Below are positions 40,441-54,285 of a stretch of 64,000 nucleotides of DNA, one piece after another. The DNA lies in assembly GCA_965649765.1 (NCBI GenBank), contig OZ287756.1:44888001-44952000 (forward strand), given 5' to 3'. The DNA comes from Bispira polyomma (lineage: Eukaryota). The notes under the pieces were generated by a model. The model saw only the letters and a list, made by a program, of their open reading frames with translations. It ran no database searches and had not been told where the DNA came from. The translations under genes were made by a program, and so were the position numbers. The stretch's first letter is position 1. Each line of letters begins with the position of its first letter.

Positions 40441-43400
40441 TTTTTATTGGTATTGCTTAGACAAATGTATTATGTTATTATGGTTCCAATGCTCAAGTAA
40501 TCATTGTCAAAACTTCCTTGTCATATATTTACCTGTTGAAATTATTCCGTGTAAATGTTCTTTTATTTCTTAAAATACTTGATAATATCACTCCAGTTCT
40601 TGCAAACATGTCCAAAGACATAAATGTTTAGGAAGCAATGAATTGTTTAGTCTATTTAAAAAAAAATTATTGTTAATAATTAATCTATTGGTAATAATAC
40701 CCATGAAATAACTTGATTCAAAATAAATTCACCAGAAAACAGACACAATAAGATACCACTATGTATGTTTAGTAGGGGATTGATTAATCTTTTCAGAGTC
40801 TCTAGTGTTTGTTAGAGTAGTATACAAATATAATGAAAATGGAAATCTAAAACTGTTTGACATTAATATTATTCTATGTTTTGATGAAACATAGCCTTTT
40901 AAGGGTCTCTGTTGAAAACAGTCTAATTAATCTGGTATAATTAAAAATTATTTCATGTCTGGACTACTGGGCCCGTATTCACGAAAGGACTTTGCCAGGT
41001 CTTAGGCTTAAATCAGTATACTTTTGTGCTAGATTTAAGCCTAAGACCTGGCTAAATCCTTTTGTGAATACGGGCCCAGTACTCTTTATTTTCTTCCATA
41101 TTTCACTTATGTGAATCCCACTTTTAAATTAAACTTGTCCTTTTGTATTATATTGTATTGTAAATTTTTAACGCGCCTTATTGATGCTAGGCATCTCCTA
41201 AGGCGCAACATCAGAATCAGTCAGCCAATAGAAAAATCGAAAAACATAGCCAGGTCCTGCAATATGTAAGTCGTGCAATATTTAATATTAACCTGCCTAT
41301 ATGTATATGTAAGTGTGAGTGGGATTTTCTAGGATTTTATGGACCATGATCTTTGCCTTCCATTCTGAGTGTGTCTCACATCTCCTCCCCAAACCCTCAC
41401 ACTCTCAAGTTTTTTTGGGAGAGGTGAGAATATACTTATTTTGACAATTATACATTAACTTTGTGCTAGTTGACCCACCTTGTTTCCTAAGAGAGTGATG
41501 TTTTCAATGTGTGAATAAAATGCTAAAGTTTAGGGTAGATTAAACATGTCCTACAATATCTTAGTTACCTGTGTATAAAGAGGTTCCCCTAACACCCTCC
41601 CCTTTTTGAGAGAGAGTGCTTTCTTCAACTTGTGTGGTAGGCATTTTCAGAGGGGTTCAGTGACATTTGTAACTGACATTTTTAAAGGGCTAGAGCACCC
41701 TAAAGATTTACTACTGTTATGGTTATCAAGGACATGTAATGCTTGTCAAAACTTTCTTGTCATTTATTTGCCTGGTTTTAGTTGTTGCATAGAAAAAACA
41801 TTAAAAATAAATGAATATAAAGTTCAAAAAAGTTGCAATAGTTTTAACAATTTTCCTTTATGTGTATCAATATTTATGTTTGTGTATACTAATTAGTATG
41901 TTTGGTTTTAGGTAATGACATAGCCTTAAATATTAACAGCACGTAAATTAATTAAACTTAAGTCTAACAAGAGTTAAATCTAGGACGTTGTTGACATATT
42001 GCACCAAGTCAAAAATTTACTTCACTATTATTATATATAAGGTCATTGAAAATTGTTTATGCACTGTAATGAAATAATATCAGGGTAATAAGACCCATAA
42101 AAGTAATTTGATTCAAAATAAATGCTTAATCTTTTCATTAGAGTCACTGGAGTTTGTACAAGTAATATACAAACATAATAATAATTAAAATCTGAAACTG
42201 TAACATTTATACTTTTCAGAGTGATAAAATTAAAATACAACTTAAGTGAATAAATGTACCTTATTCTGTAATAATTTGCAAGTGGTAACATTCCAAGCAT
42301 GATAAACATTTGTAGATTAAAATAAAAGACATTTTGACGTGAATTTTACTTTAATTAAAACGGAATACAGATCTACCTTGTGAGAATTAAGAAAAACCTG
42401 ATGAGAAGTAAGTTATGCAATGAATAAAACTAAATGAAAAAAAATAACCATAAGCCAGTGTTTGTACTATGCCTTTTTTACTTGGTTTTAATGTTTTCTA
42501 AATTTGCTTCCTTTTTCACTGGGTAAACGTTTATGTCTAACTAATCATGTTTAATTTTTTCTGTTTTCATCCACTATTTTGAGGATATTACTGCATCTCC
42601 AGTAAGGTAAACTAGTCCATTCCAACTGAAAGAGTCATAGTTGCAAGTTTTGTAAATTGCCTGATTGACAAGACATATAAGGTGCTTATGCTCCAAAATT
42701 GTCTATTTATGGGAGAAAGTTATCACCATGGTGGATGATTGGTAAGCTTGTACAGGAAGCTTTTCAATTGACTTTTACAATTGTGCCCTAACAATTTGTA
42801 AAGGTTGACGATACTCAACTGGAGTGGTGAGGGTAAAACCGTCTTGACCACATCTGGTGAAGACTGACGGCATATTGACATGTATTAAGTTACTAGTCCT
42901 GATGAGAGAAGACAAGGGGGTTGTTCAAGTCTAATGGTTCTAAACACCATACTTCAAAAATCTCGGCTGCTCTATTGGTAAGTAAAGTATATTTAGGTAT
43001 GATAATAGTGCTGAATAGTGGACAGTCGGTACTAATTGACTTGGTACAGTGAAACTGATGTGAGGTCGTGGTTGGTATGGGGAGGGACAAATGTTTCATG
43101 GTGGGTGTGACAAATAGTTATATCACACAGACCAGGGGGTTGCCTTTTTAAGTGTTCTTCAGGAGCCAAAAATGACACCATCATTGCGCATGCATACATT
43201 GCATGAGTAGTGGTTGGTAAAACAAACGATGAACCCATTCAGAGGTCCTATTATTTAGAGGTTGTGGAGGGCACTCTTTTTATCAAGTATGTGCCAATTT
43301 CAGATAAAGAAATTGTAATTGTAGTAGCCTTTACCTTGTGCAGAACCCTTTTCTGATAGTTACAAATAAGGTTTATATTTAAAAATGTGAGGTTTTCTTT

Positions 43401-44330
43401 TTTTCGCTGTCTTACGTCTTGCGACATCCCCCATGCAACTTTTTTGGCTCCTGTGTTTCTCATCACTAGCATTTTTACAGCATAGTCAGTTGGGGCCTAA
43501 TGGCCACCATACACTACATATGGTGACATGTGACTCAGTTAACACAGTTGCACAAAACTATGTATTTAGTATGAATACTACATGTGGCAATACCCAACTC
43601 AGTACTCGCAATATATTTGTTGAAAAGTGCTGAAGTGGTTTCGTGGTTTTTATCTAATCAACGGGTATCAGGTGAACTTGTTTATAGGTAGAAAAAGATA
43701 GTAAGAATTAACGACATAATAATCGACTTAACTATTGACTAAAGAGCTTGGCAGGTAAACACAATGTCATTCAATTACCAATACTGATAAACTCTGGTTC
43801 TTGGGATAAAGTTTCCGTACCCAGTCCATGTACGTTCCTTTGAAATATAAGTATCTACAATATGAGTCACCAACTCCAAAGGTGTGAATTTGAATGAGAA
43901 GGCAGAGGAACACCAAGTCATTAAAATGGCACTCTTTGGGTTTTTATTAGTTCTAATACATCTACATAACTAAAATTAGTATTCTACTACTATTTTATGT
44001 ACAAGGTTTTGATATAATAATAAGTAACATCACAGTTAAGCTAATCACTAATGCACTTAACTGTGCTCAATAACAACATTTACAATAGTTACAATCATAT
44101 TATTCTCACATTAGTCAAGTTTGTATCATGCACTTAACTATCAAATTCACATACTAAAAGCAAGTTTATAAATAACACAGCTGCATGGATTAGTTAATGT
44201 AAGTAAGAACATGCTGCATTAATTATTTCATTGAAGTACATGCAATGTATACGCATTAATAATAAAAGATAATTATAAGACATATAAATGACAAATTACT
44301 GATATAAAAACGTATACATGTAAAGAAAGA
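39170..44330 (+). repeat. Segmental duplication, copy 1 (paired with ~59010-64000)
   Basis: Collinear, near-identical coding, intronic and intergenic sequence at an offset of about 19.7-20.0 kb. Confidence 0.95.
40965..41081. mobile_element. Palindromic MITE (~117 bp hairpin)
   Basis: tactgggcccgtattcacgaaaggactttgccaggtcttaggcttaaatc ... gatttaagcctaagacctggctaaatccttttgtgaatacgggcccagta. Confidence 0.85.
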
Positions 44331-45626
44331 TTGCCCCACTATAAGGTTAAAAGATTAAAAGAAATATTTTGAGTAATATATTGCACATTATGATATAGCT
44401 GTTTGTTTTAGTAATTTTCATCAGGACGACCTTCAGAAGTTTTTGCCTTGTGCAGCCCTGAATTCCAGAGTTCGGTAATTCGATGTTTATGTCTTGCTGT
44501 GTTTTCCTTAAGGTCAAGGCAACCCCCTTTACGAACAATCACAGCTCATTAAAGAACATATAATTGCGAGTTCAAAGCATCATGGCATGACATATATATT
44601 TTACTGGGTATTTATGTGAGGACAAAGCGTTGCTTCCATTGCATCTCACTGTCAGTTGGCATTTTCCCAGTGCCTTTGCTGTTGTAGTCATGCCACTTTG
44701 CTGGATTTCACAGTACCACTGGTATGAGTTTACCTCGCAAAATACAAAAGACAGTATGCGTTTGGTAATTGTCACAAACATAACATTCAATATACATAGG
44801 TATATAGTTAAGGTAACATATAGGTATACAAATACAGGGACTGGGGGGGGGGGGGGAATTTTAGCAGCACTTTGAGAGGCAGATAAATTTTGATGCCTTT
44901 TCTCTCAAAACCAGGGGTTTTTATAGGCAGAAGCCCAAGTTAGCAGGTGTATAATAGCTGAAAAGAAAACATTAGTCATTAGCCTGGCAAAACCTAAAGG
45001 GAGAAAAAGGGGTAAACAATCCATTAGTGTCACTTCTAGGACTGACATCTAGTGCGGCACCTCGCTCTAGTTTTAGTATGTGGTCATAATATGATTTTTC
45101 TGTGTACTCAAAACTCAATTGAACAAAGGGATATTTTGTAATAATCACTATTGCAATGTGCTAACAGTCCCACACAAACGTGTACAGTAAAATAACATCT
45201 ATGACACTAGTAGAATAATTAAGGTCTGCTGGCTGAAGGCTTTGAAAGGTAATCCATTGGAAGTGGAATTCTTTGAAAAATATGGTTCGATTTGCGGTTA
45301 GGTGTAGAATGATTAGATGTGTGATATATAGCTGATGAAATAAAGCAACAATATAATTTTTAGCATGTATTTGTGTAACAGTGCACAAAGTACAATATAT
45401 CTAGCAATAGCTCAAGTGGTTTATGTAGCATATATGTAGCATAACAGCAAAGCTCAAGTGTTTAAGTTATTGATAAAAACAATAACAATATTGTTATAAG
45501 TCAACACACTTTATGTTACTGGAGAATGTATACAGACATACGATGCCTGCACGACAGATATTGTATTTTATGTACTTTAATATATAAAATCATATTACAT
45601 TTTTGGTATGATGTATTCAGTTACTT

Positions 45627-47978
45627 TTACTGGTTGTGACACCCTATCGCTATTGTGTCTGCTCGACAACCTTTTGGTCCTGTAGGCCCTGTACTACCAG
45701 TTGCACCTTGTGGTCCTTTTGCCCCTGTTGAACCTGTATCCCCTTTAACTCCCCTACTTCCTTTGTAACCACTGTACCCTCGGGGTCCTCTAGGCCCTGA
45801 AGTACCAGGTGAACCTTTCTGTCCCTTTTGACCCTGATAGCCGATGTCACCTTGCATACCATCTGGACCTTGTATTCCAGGTAATCCTTGGTTTCCAGTG
45901 TTACCAATATATCCAGTAGAACCAAGCTGTCCCTTGAAGCCTTTATCGCCTAGTAGCCCATTGCCACCTTTTGCTCCCTTATCTCCTGATTGGCCCAGTG
46001 AGCCCTTTGTCCCAGCTGGATCTGTTAAGCCTCTTTGGCCAGTACCACCTTGCTGTCCTACAATTCCTGTTGAACCTCTAATCCCATTACTTCCTTCAGA
46101 GCCCGATATTCCAGCATTTCCACTTCTTCCGCTTGTTCCAGTCTGTCCAGACAACCCAATTACTCCATCATCACCTTTTTGACCAACTGATCCTGTACTT
46201 CCAATGTATCCCATATCGCCAATAAATCCTGTATTTCCTTTTACTCCAGTAAATCCTGGCAGACCAACAGACCCTCTTGGTCCAGGTTCTCCAGTCTGGC
46301 TTCTATCTAATAAAATAACATATTTAATGTTAATGTTAAAAATCAGCCAAAATTGTCCTCACTGTAATTTTAAGCTAATTGTTGTGAACTGCCAATATAG
46401 ATGTGATTTAGTAATGTAGATTTATAAAATATAACTGGCACATATTTCTGATTTTATAAGTCTGCAAAAATGATTAATCAGTTTTACAAAATGAGTTAAA
46501 GGAAAAACAGGTACACAATTGGTAAATAGTAAAGGTTAACATGAAGTAGATTTCAAAATATATCAAGCAAATATACACATGGAAAAATAATAAATATAGC
46601 ACCAAATTGGACTAGACCTAGCGCACCGGAGAACCTTTGCATATTTGTATCCACCAGAAAGGCAAAGCACCCTTTGTAGCAAGCACCCTAGCTAACACCC
46701 AGCCTAGAAGCCTATGATTTCCTACGGGGCATTTATGCTAAAACCTTAAATAGCACAAGTGGGTTTCACATTGGAAATTTTTGGTAGCAGGTTGTATGAG
46801 GGATCCAAGGTGATATTGGCCCACATCAAAAGATTCCCAGGCCATGATTTCCTATAGGTTGGTTTCACATCCAAAACATGTTTGACAAGAAATTAGAGGG
46901 ATATAGGCACTTTTAGGTTTAGCCATCCCCTTTTGACCTTGAAGGAGAGGCCTAAGGGCAAATCTGAGCACATAAAAAGATTCCCTGGTCATGATTTCCT
47001 AAAGGTTGGTTTATATACCAAACCTCTAGGACCAATGATAAGTGAGATATAGGCACTTTTAAGTTCGGCTATCCGCATTTGACCTTGAACAAGAGGTCTA
47101 AGGTCAAATCTGAGCGTGTCATGGTTTTGCCACTCGAATCTGTGGGACCAATAATAAGTGAGATATAATCAGTTTTAAGTTTGGTCATCTGCATTTAACC
47201 TTAAACGCGGGGCCTAAGGTCAAATCAAACCACAACACAAGATTTCCTGATCATGATTTCCTTTTGGTTGTTTCGGATCCCCAACCTGTTTGACCAATAT
47301 TCAGCAAGATATAAGCACTTTGGGAAAGTTTGGCCAAAATTGGTAACTTTGGGTACTTTAGCACCCTGAGGATGACATTGAATGAGGAGATTAAAGGTCA
47401 AATGTCTGCATGCTTATAAAGGACATATATATCCGTTAAAAATATCACCCGTAAAGAGATTCATCCTTCTACAGCTAAGAAACAGACACAGTTAAAATCC
47501 TAATTATTTTCAAAGAAACGCCCATGACGGCCATGTTGTTTTTCAAAATGAGGCAAAAAATTACTCCTAGACAAGCTTTTGTAATAAAAACATTTCCTGT
47601 AAATTTCAGGTGCCTAGGTTTTCCCAGGAGAGTGGTAACGGTAAAATCTCTACACACACTGATGCGGTGGCAGCGGCGGTGTAATGATACCTAATCCATA
47701 GTATCAACTGTAGTTTTCCAGTAGATACAATAATTCTTCTGTATACCGATTATTGTATCACTCCTATCACTGCTCACATACAACAAAATAACCATTTACT
47801 AAATGAAATTAGAATAAATACCTAAAATGTCATGTTTTATTTGTGTCCAAACACTCTTCATCATCTGTATATCCGATTTCAGCATCTGTACCACATCTCT
47901 GCAACTGAGAATATGAGGTTTTGTTGTGTATTGTCCAAATGTAGATGAAATACAAAGAAAAACTAAGAAAAACAACAT
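45627..47978 (-). CDS. Short secreted collagen, type B (exons 47822-47978 and 45627-46306; 278 aa)
   Basis: Exon 1 MLFFLVFLCISSTFGQYTTKPHILSCRDVVQMLKSDIQMMKSVWTQIKHDIL, G|GTATTT donor, ttattag acceptor, phase 1. 70 Gly-X-Y triplets (one Gly>Asp). Tail CRADTIAIGCHNQ*. Confidence 0.87.
46610..47712 (+). mobile_element. Helitron/Helentron-like non-autonomous element with internal ~130-bp tandem subrepeats, in the type B intron
   Basis: About 4 diverged units sharing aaggtcaaatc..aagattccc..catgatttcct..ggttggttt..gatatag..tttgaccttgaa. 3' hairpin gtatcaactg...cagtagatac. Confidence 0.5.
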
Positions 47979-48192
47979 CTTTGGCCTATCGTTATATCAA
48001 ATATTTAAAAGTTGTCATGTCCTTACTTACAGGGATTTGAATTCATAGTTAATGTATTCAGTCGACAAGAGTGTCAGTTATATAATATATTCGCAACTTT
48101 CCCAGGTCATAATATGTGTACTAATTGAATAAAGAGGAAGACAATTTCTATATCGTGGGCCTTAGTTTAGAGAATATGAGGAGACATCAAAC

Positions 48193-49340
48193 ATGTTAAA
48201 TATGCTCGCCTTTCATATTATAACAGTTTTAACATTATCATTTGTATTAGTTGCTGGTCAAGCAACTTTTCAGTTTGGATTATTCATGTGTAAAAGCCAA
48301 ATACAGTCCTTGGTTAATGGCATGGATACATTGAAAAGGGAATGGGCACAGGCAAAGAAAACAGTATCTGGTATAGTTTCAAATATACATAGTATGAATA
48401 TATACAATAAGTTTTAGTATAATGTCAATAAGGATAATAAAGTTGAATTATATCACCCTACTTTTTGGCATACTTAGCCCTTTTCTATAGTTTTTCAAAA
48501 AGAACAACAATTTTCTTGTTTAGCAAATATTCTGGTGACCTCAATATTTAATTGTGGGTCAATGGAACAAACTTTTACAGTTAGTAAAATGTTCAAAACA
48601 TCATATATTATTAGATATATAAGACATATTCTATTTTCAGAAGACAACTTAACTGGGGAGCCTGGACCAGTTGGCTTTGCTGGTCAACTAGGTGCAACAG
48701 GAGATACTGTAAATGTTGGACAACCCGGTGAAAGAGGCAAGCTTGGGACACAGGGTATACCGGGGAAAAGGCCCAGATGGGGTTGATGGTATTAAAGGCC
48801 TCTCAGGTCTGATTGATGATACCAGATTAGCTGGAATCAAAGGGTTTACTGGACAACAAGGTCCCAAAGAAATTAATGGTGATACTGGAGCAACAGGTGC
48901 ACATGGGATACAAGGTTCCAAGGGACCGTTAGGATCCAAGGGTAAACCAGGTCTTAAAGGTTTCAAAGGGGCGAGTGGGGAATCAGAATCACCAGGAGAT
49001 GAAGGTTAACAGGGGTTAGAAGGTATACGTGGAAATAAAGGCATTAAAGGTACAGAGGGAGAAAAAGGTGTAATTGGTCCAATTGGAGAAAATGGTGCCA
49101 GAGGATATTATGGTCCATCAGGTGATAAAGGTCCAGAAGGTGTTCCTGGACCACCAGGCTCTAGGGGTAACCGAGGGAACAATGGGGCTTCAGCCAAGGG
49201 CAATTCTGGTGATACTGGATACACAGGTCCAAGTGGTGAACGTGGAAGTACAGGACACACGGGCAAGCCTGGTCCGGCTGGTAGATATATATACTGAACA
49301 ATGGATTTCTGCAAAAAAACGACAGTTCTTATGCTACAGT
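48193..49340 (+). pseudogene. Short collagen, type E, pseudogene (exons 48193-48370 and 48641-~49340), head-to-head with type B
   Basis: Intact exon 1 (MLNMLAFHIITVLTLSFVLVAGQATFQFGLFMCKSQIQSLVNGMDTLKREWAQAKKTVS) and phase-1 intron. Frameshift near 48770, TAA at 49007-49009, several Gly substitutions, TGA at 49295. Confidence 0.85.
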
Positions 49341-52300
49341 TGTCACTTATATGTATTAACTTCAAACAGGACATTTTGAGATAAATTTAGATTTGTGAGA
49401 AAATCCAGGGGTAGAACATCTAATAATTAAAGACAGTTTCATATTTATTAACTTTGATTCTTGGATCTTCAAATAAGTGGCCATGTTTAAAATACCCATT
49501 ATATATTAATTTGGTAAAGTGTCAATTCATGTGTAACACTAATATCCAATTTTAAACATGTTAATTACCTTAGCATATGACATGTTTGCTACAAGAAACA
49601 ATTGAACTTAAACTGACAATAAATTTAGGATTGATTTGTGTCTTAATTGCATAATTAGTCTCGAATATTTAGAATAATGAATACAAATATAGAAGTAATT
49701 TATTGAAATAATGATTTTAGTATTTCTTGAAGTCAATCGAATATTCAAAATATAATAAATAGTTTCACGAACATACTTTTTTAAAAATCAAACCCTGCCA
49801 TTGAAATAAATTTGTATTGACATTGTATATTGATGTAGCATAATATCTATATAGCTCGCGTTTAAGGTTGATTATACTTGCATTTAAGGACAAATTATTT
49901 GAAGTTAAAACAGTTAAAGTAATGCCGCGTGAATTTTTGTTTTTAAGTTTTACAATTTTTTTAATATTTAACAGTTAACGTTGGTAGTATGGTTCACAGC
50001 ATGTATATTTAAAGCGTGGCCAAGTCACTCAAAAAGGTTTGAGAAACAGAAAATTGGAAGTTTTTAAGGGTTAATTTGACACTCATATATTCTGTAATTA
50101 TAAGCGTGTACCCTGATTATTGATATTAACTTTGCCACAGAGAATTGTGATGTTTAGTAATATGTAAATGCATCATCTACAGAATATGGGCCAGTTTGTG
50201 TATTTAATATTTTTATGAAGTTATTATTGTCTTGAAGTTAAGTCACATGCTGCTTCTTTAAATATGAAAAAAACAAAAGTAACTGTTATGATATATATGT
50301 TTGGTTTTAGTATGACTGCTCGTTGAGAGTGTTTCCGGTTAAATAAACATGCTTCGTTTGTAGTTTCACTTGTATGTTGTGATACAAACATTACAGTTAC
50401 CCTTAAGAGGAAAGTTTTTTAATGTATAAGATCATTGAATTGTGAATGCAGTGATGTTATTTCGATATTTTCTAGTCGTAACAATATCCATGTAAATAAC
50501 TTGATTCAAAATAAATTCACCACAAAAATACACATTTGGATATCATTAGGTGTGTTTACCAGTGGATGTGTTGTCAATAATGTCAATTAAAAAATGCCCG
50601 TCAAAACTTCCTTGTTATTTAACTAAGGTTATGTATGTTTACTGGGGAATTAATTAATCTTTCAGAGTCTAATATTTATGTAAATGGAGTATACAAAAAT
50701 AATATAAATGGAATTCTTTATTTTTTTGGTAATGATTCCACTTTCCCAGAGTGATATTTCATCCTTAAACAAGCAAATTAAGCTCTTAAATATACTTACG
50801 TCTGCATTGGTTTGCATAAGGAACATTTATGGGCCTCATAAACCTTTGTTGGCGGCTATAATTGTGATTTGATCCTTCTTTGAGGTAAAATAAAGCCTTA
50901 GTATTTGTGTATGTTTAAGACAGCTTAATTAAAATGGCGTAATCAATGTTACTGCTCATACATCTCTACGATCTTTTGTTCCCCCAAAGTAATTGGAATC
51001 AGTGACAATTAAAAAATCTAATCAAATTTATAATAAGTATTTGTACCAATACAGTTGATCACACTCTAGTCCCCTTAACCAAAAGATATATCCAGGCCAA
51101 ATATAAAGATTCATCGATGCCAAATATATATTTAATCAAGCTGGAAACCCTAACTGAGAACATATGACAAGTATCATTGGTAAGGGCAGTGGGGTCAACT
51201 CTCGAAGTTTGTCATGTACTTTGTTGTAGGTTGTTGCTTTACAGTACAAATATTCAGTGTACATTGATTTTGGTTGGTTGTACCTTTGGTAGCACCTATA
51301 TCACCTAAAGTCAGAGTAGATAAGATTGCTGATTTCAACCACCAATAAATCCTGCTACCAAATATATTGCAATAATAAATTAAAATATATATCACCAAAA
51401 TATTGAATCTTATATTTAATATAGTTAATACAATGATAATAATAAATATTATTCATTAGATATAGCACATTTTGAACATCACTGTTATCAAATGCACTTT
51501 GACATTATTACCCCAACCTGAGTTCTACCACTTGTCAACCAATTGTTCAGTCTCAGCTCCCTCAGGAAGCATAGTAGCCGTGCTGCCACATATGGCACAA
51601 GGCTGAAGACACCCATTAGAACCGTGGCTCTGAGATCACTCAGATGAAAAGCCCGACAGTCTAACGGCTCATTATAAGAGAGTACTAAAGCTTGTTGAAT
51701 TAAATTTTTCATTTTCATTCCTCTTTTTGCATTTTACAACCCTGAGAGTAATTTAACTGAAATGCTTAAATGTGTTTAAAGAGTGAAAGATTTGTTGGAA
51801 CTAAAATTGGAAAACTGCAATTATTTTATTAAATGGGTGTTGGTATTAAAGTGTCTATCATTATAACAATTCAGTAAACAATTATCTTGCGATAAGTTAA
51901 AGATTCAGTAAAGCAAGGAAAGATATATATTCATTGGGGTGTACAACGCCATGTTTTGATGTTACCCAAAAGCTGTGAGATTTTGGCATCTCATATGCTA
52001 TGTTTTTGAAAAGCCTTTTTAATGCAAATGCAAAGTCTACAAAGTTTTGTGTGGATATAACATACACATTTAAAGTATTTTCTGTGTATATTTATGTACA
52101 TCAATTTTCATTGAATTATTTTGTCCGATTATTAAATTATTTTCTAGTCGGCTTTTAAACATTTAGTTTAAAAAGCATCAATGCAATTTTTCTTCACAGA
52201 ATATGATATGGGTTGAATAACCATAGAAAGATGTGTTTGCAAATTTTATTCTATTTTTATTTTTATAATAAAGCAAACAAGGGATTTAGAGAAACATCTA

Positions 52301-52679
52301 TGTTACAACATATTTATACACAGGAGACACCATGAAGTTACCATGAAAGATTCCTACTGTTTCCTAACCCAAACCATTGTATTTAATCTTCACATCCCTT
52401 TAAATGGTTCAGTACCACATATATTGCTAACTGGCAAGTAGAGGTCCACCACAAAGATAAGCTTTTGCCACTAAAAATTTGTTTATTTGCGTTTAATGTA
52501 ATGCTGTTTAGGTTAACGAGTGCACCCACCTTTTTAAAAAGGTTAATAGAAAGAGTTTGATCAGGGTTGCAATATGAAAAAAGTGATACTTTGAAAACTA
52601 AATGACATATTCAAAACAATATTTCAATAGACTAAGAGGGGCCAACCTAAAGCTGTCCCTAGAGTAATCTTTTCCTATA

Positions 52680-53500
52680 TAGATTAGAGGTTATAGGTAA
52701 TGTTGCGTATTGATCAGTTAGGAGTTGGACAATTCAAACCATGATCAAACAAATTAGAAGCTTCTTAGGATTTTGTTCCTATTACCGTAATTTCATCAGA
52801 AACTTTTCAACAATACTAATTAGACAGACATACACACCTATGACAAAATTTTAATGGACATCAAAATGTAAAAAAGTTTTCAGTAAACTTAAGTCTTGTT
52901 AAGTAAGTGTACCAATTTTTACATATCCTGATATATCGAACCATTTATCTCAGACACTGACACAAGTAGTGTTGTCATAGCAGCAGTACTATCACAAAAA
53001 TCTAATGTTCGTTGTACAGAATTGGTACTTACAATTATACAATCATTCATTGTTCTGTCAAACTTCATGGTAATGACGATGCATTATCAAAAAGGGCATA
53101 ATTTAAAGCACGGAATGGTAGTAAGTAACCCAACAAATGATGGAACATCATTTGAATCACGAATTCAGTGTTACACATCAGATGATTGAAAAAGCCAGTC
53201 ACAAAACAAAGACTTGTCATTGATTTTTGGAAGAATAAAGGTGTCAAGCCATCCTGGCATGATATTTTAAGATATTCTACCACCTTTAAAAGTTACTGGT
53301 CACAATGGTACAGGTAGACTTGCTTACAAGTCTTTACTGTTGCTAAAGCACTGTATGACGGCATTTTAAACAGTTCCTATTCATTCAAAAGGGGGCAGCA
53401 CCAGTGTTTTTATAACTGCCAGCCTCTTTATTTTATCCAAAATGTCAATCCACACAGGGATATAGAGTAAAAGTCATAATGCCCTTATTGAAGGACCTTG
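52680..53500 (+). mobile_element. Gypsy/Ty3 LTR retrotransposon pol remnant
   Basis: KQIRSFLGFCSYYRNFIRNFS, F*WT..C...F..LK...PIFTYPD..PFISDTDTS..IAAVLSQ and HGNDDALS motifs of the RT-RNase H region. Confidence 0.85.
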
Positions 53501-53603
53501 CACAAGGGCTATGGGACAGGTAGACTTGCTTACACACACACATTAAAAACGCTTTAGTTTTTTAGCCAATCTTGTCTAACCTAGGATATAATAAGGTCTG
53601 GCT

Positions 53604-53815
53604 ACCTTGAACTCCTATGTCTCTAGTGTCCCCTTGTTCGCCTAGATCACCTTTATTTCCCTTCCCTCCGTTTCCTGTGGATCCACGTTTACCTTCAAGT
53701 CCTCCTGGTCCTATATTCCCACTTGCATCTGTAGTACCCGTTGCACCTGTGGAGTCAACATCACCATTATCACTAGGACTATCAGTTAAGCTAAGTGGAC
53801 ATCTCACACCTGAAG
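53604..53815 (-). pseudogene. Internal fragment of a type-A collagen exon
   Basis: Degenerate Gly-X-Y (STGATGTT..GNIGPGGLEGKRGSTG..KGNKGDLGEQGDT) homologous to 39410-39620. No flanking splice sites. Confidence 0.85.
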
Positions 53816-54285
53816 GTCAGGTAAAATGTTCAAATAATGAACAGAGCTGGTAGAAAGTGCTGTATACAGATGTCACTTTGGGTACATGATACCATCATCT
53901 GAATGACATAACGACCATTTGATACAATTATTTGACAAAACACTAAAATTATACGTAAATTATCAACTTTGACTAACATGTTACTCAAAATAAACCTAAA
54001 TGGTCACTATACAACAACAAACACTACAGCTGTGATGTAAGTGAACACTATCCTAAATATAGGAAAAATATTTATTTTCTCCATTTGAACCGAATTCCAG
54101 AATATATGAGATCATGTTTTTACTTGTTGATTTAAACGATTGGGCTTTGATACATATTTAAAATCTCTTTCTTATCATATATATATATCCCTTTTATAAT
54201 TGAACAATTATTTGATATTCTTATAATCTTATGACATAGTTACAAATAGTCAAAAAAGAGTTACTAGACAACTATCAATCGAGCT

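Noticed and set aside
42560-44800. Possible decayed transposon coding sequence in the duplicated intergenic region
   Set aside because: No motif I could identify with confidence.
51270-51310. Extra collagen micro-exon (GDIGATKG)
   Set aside because: Only two triplets and no supporting gene structure.
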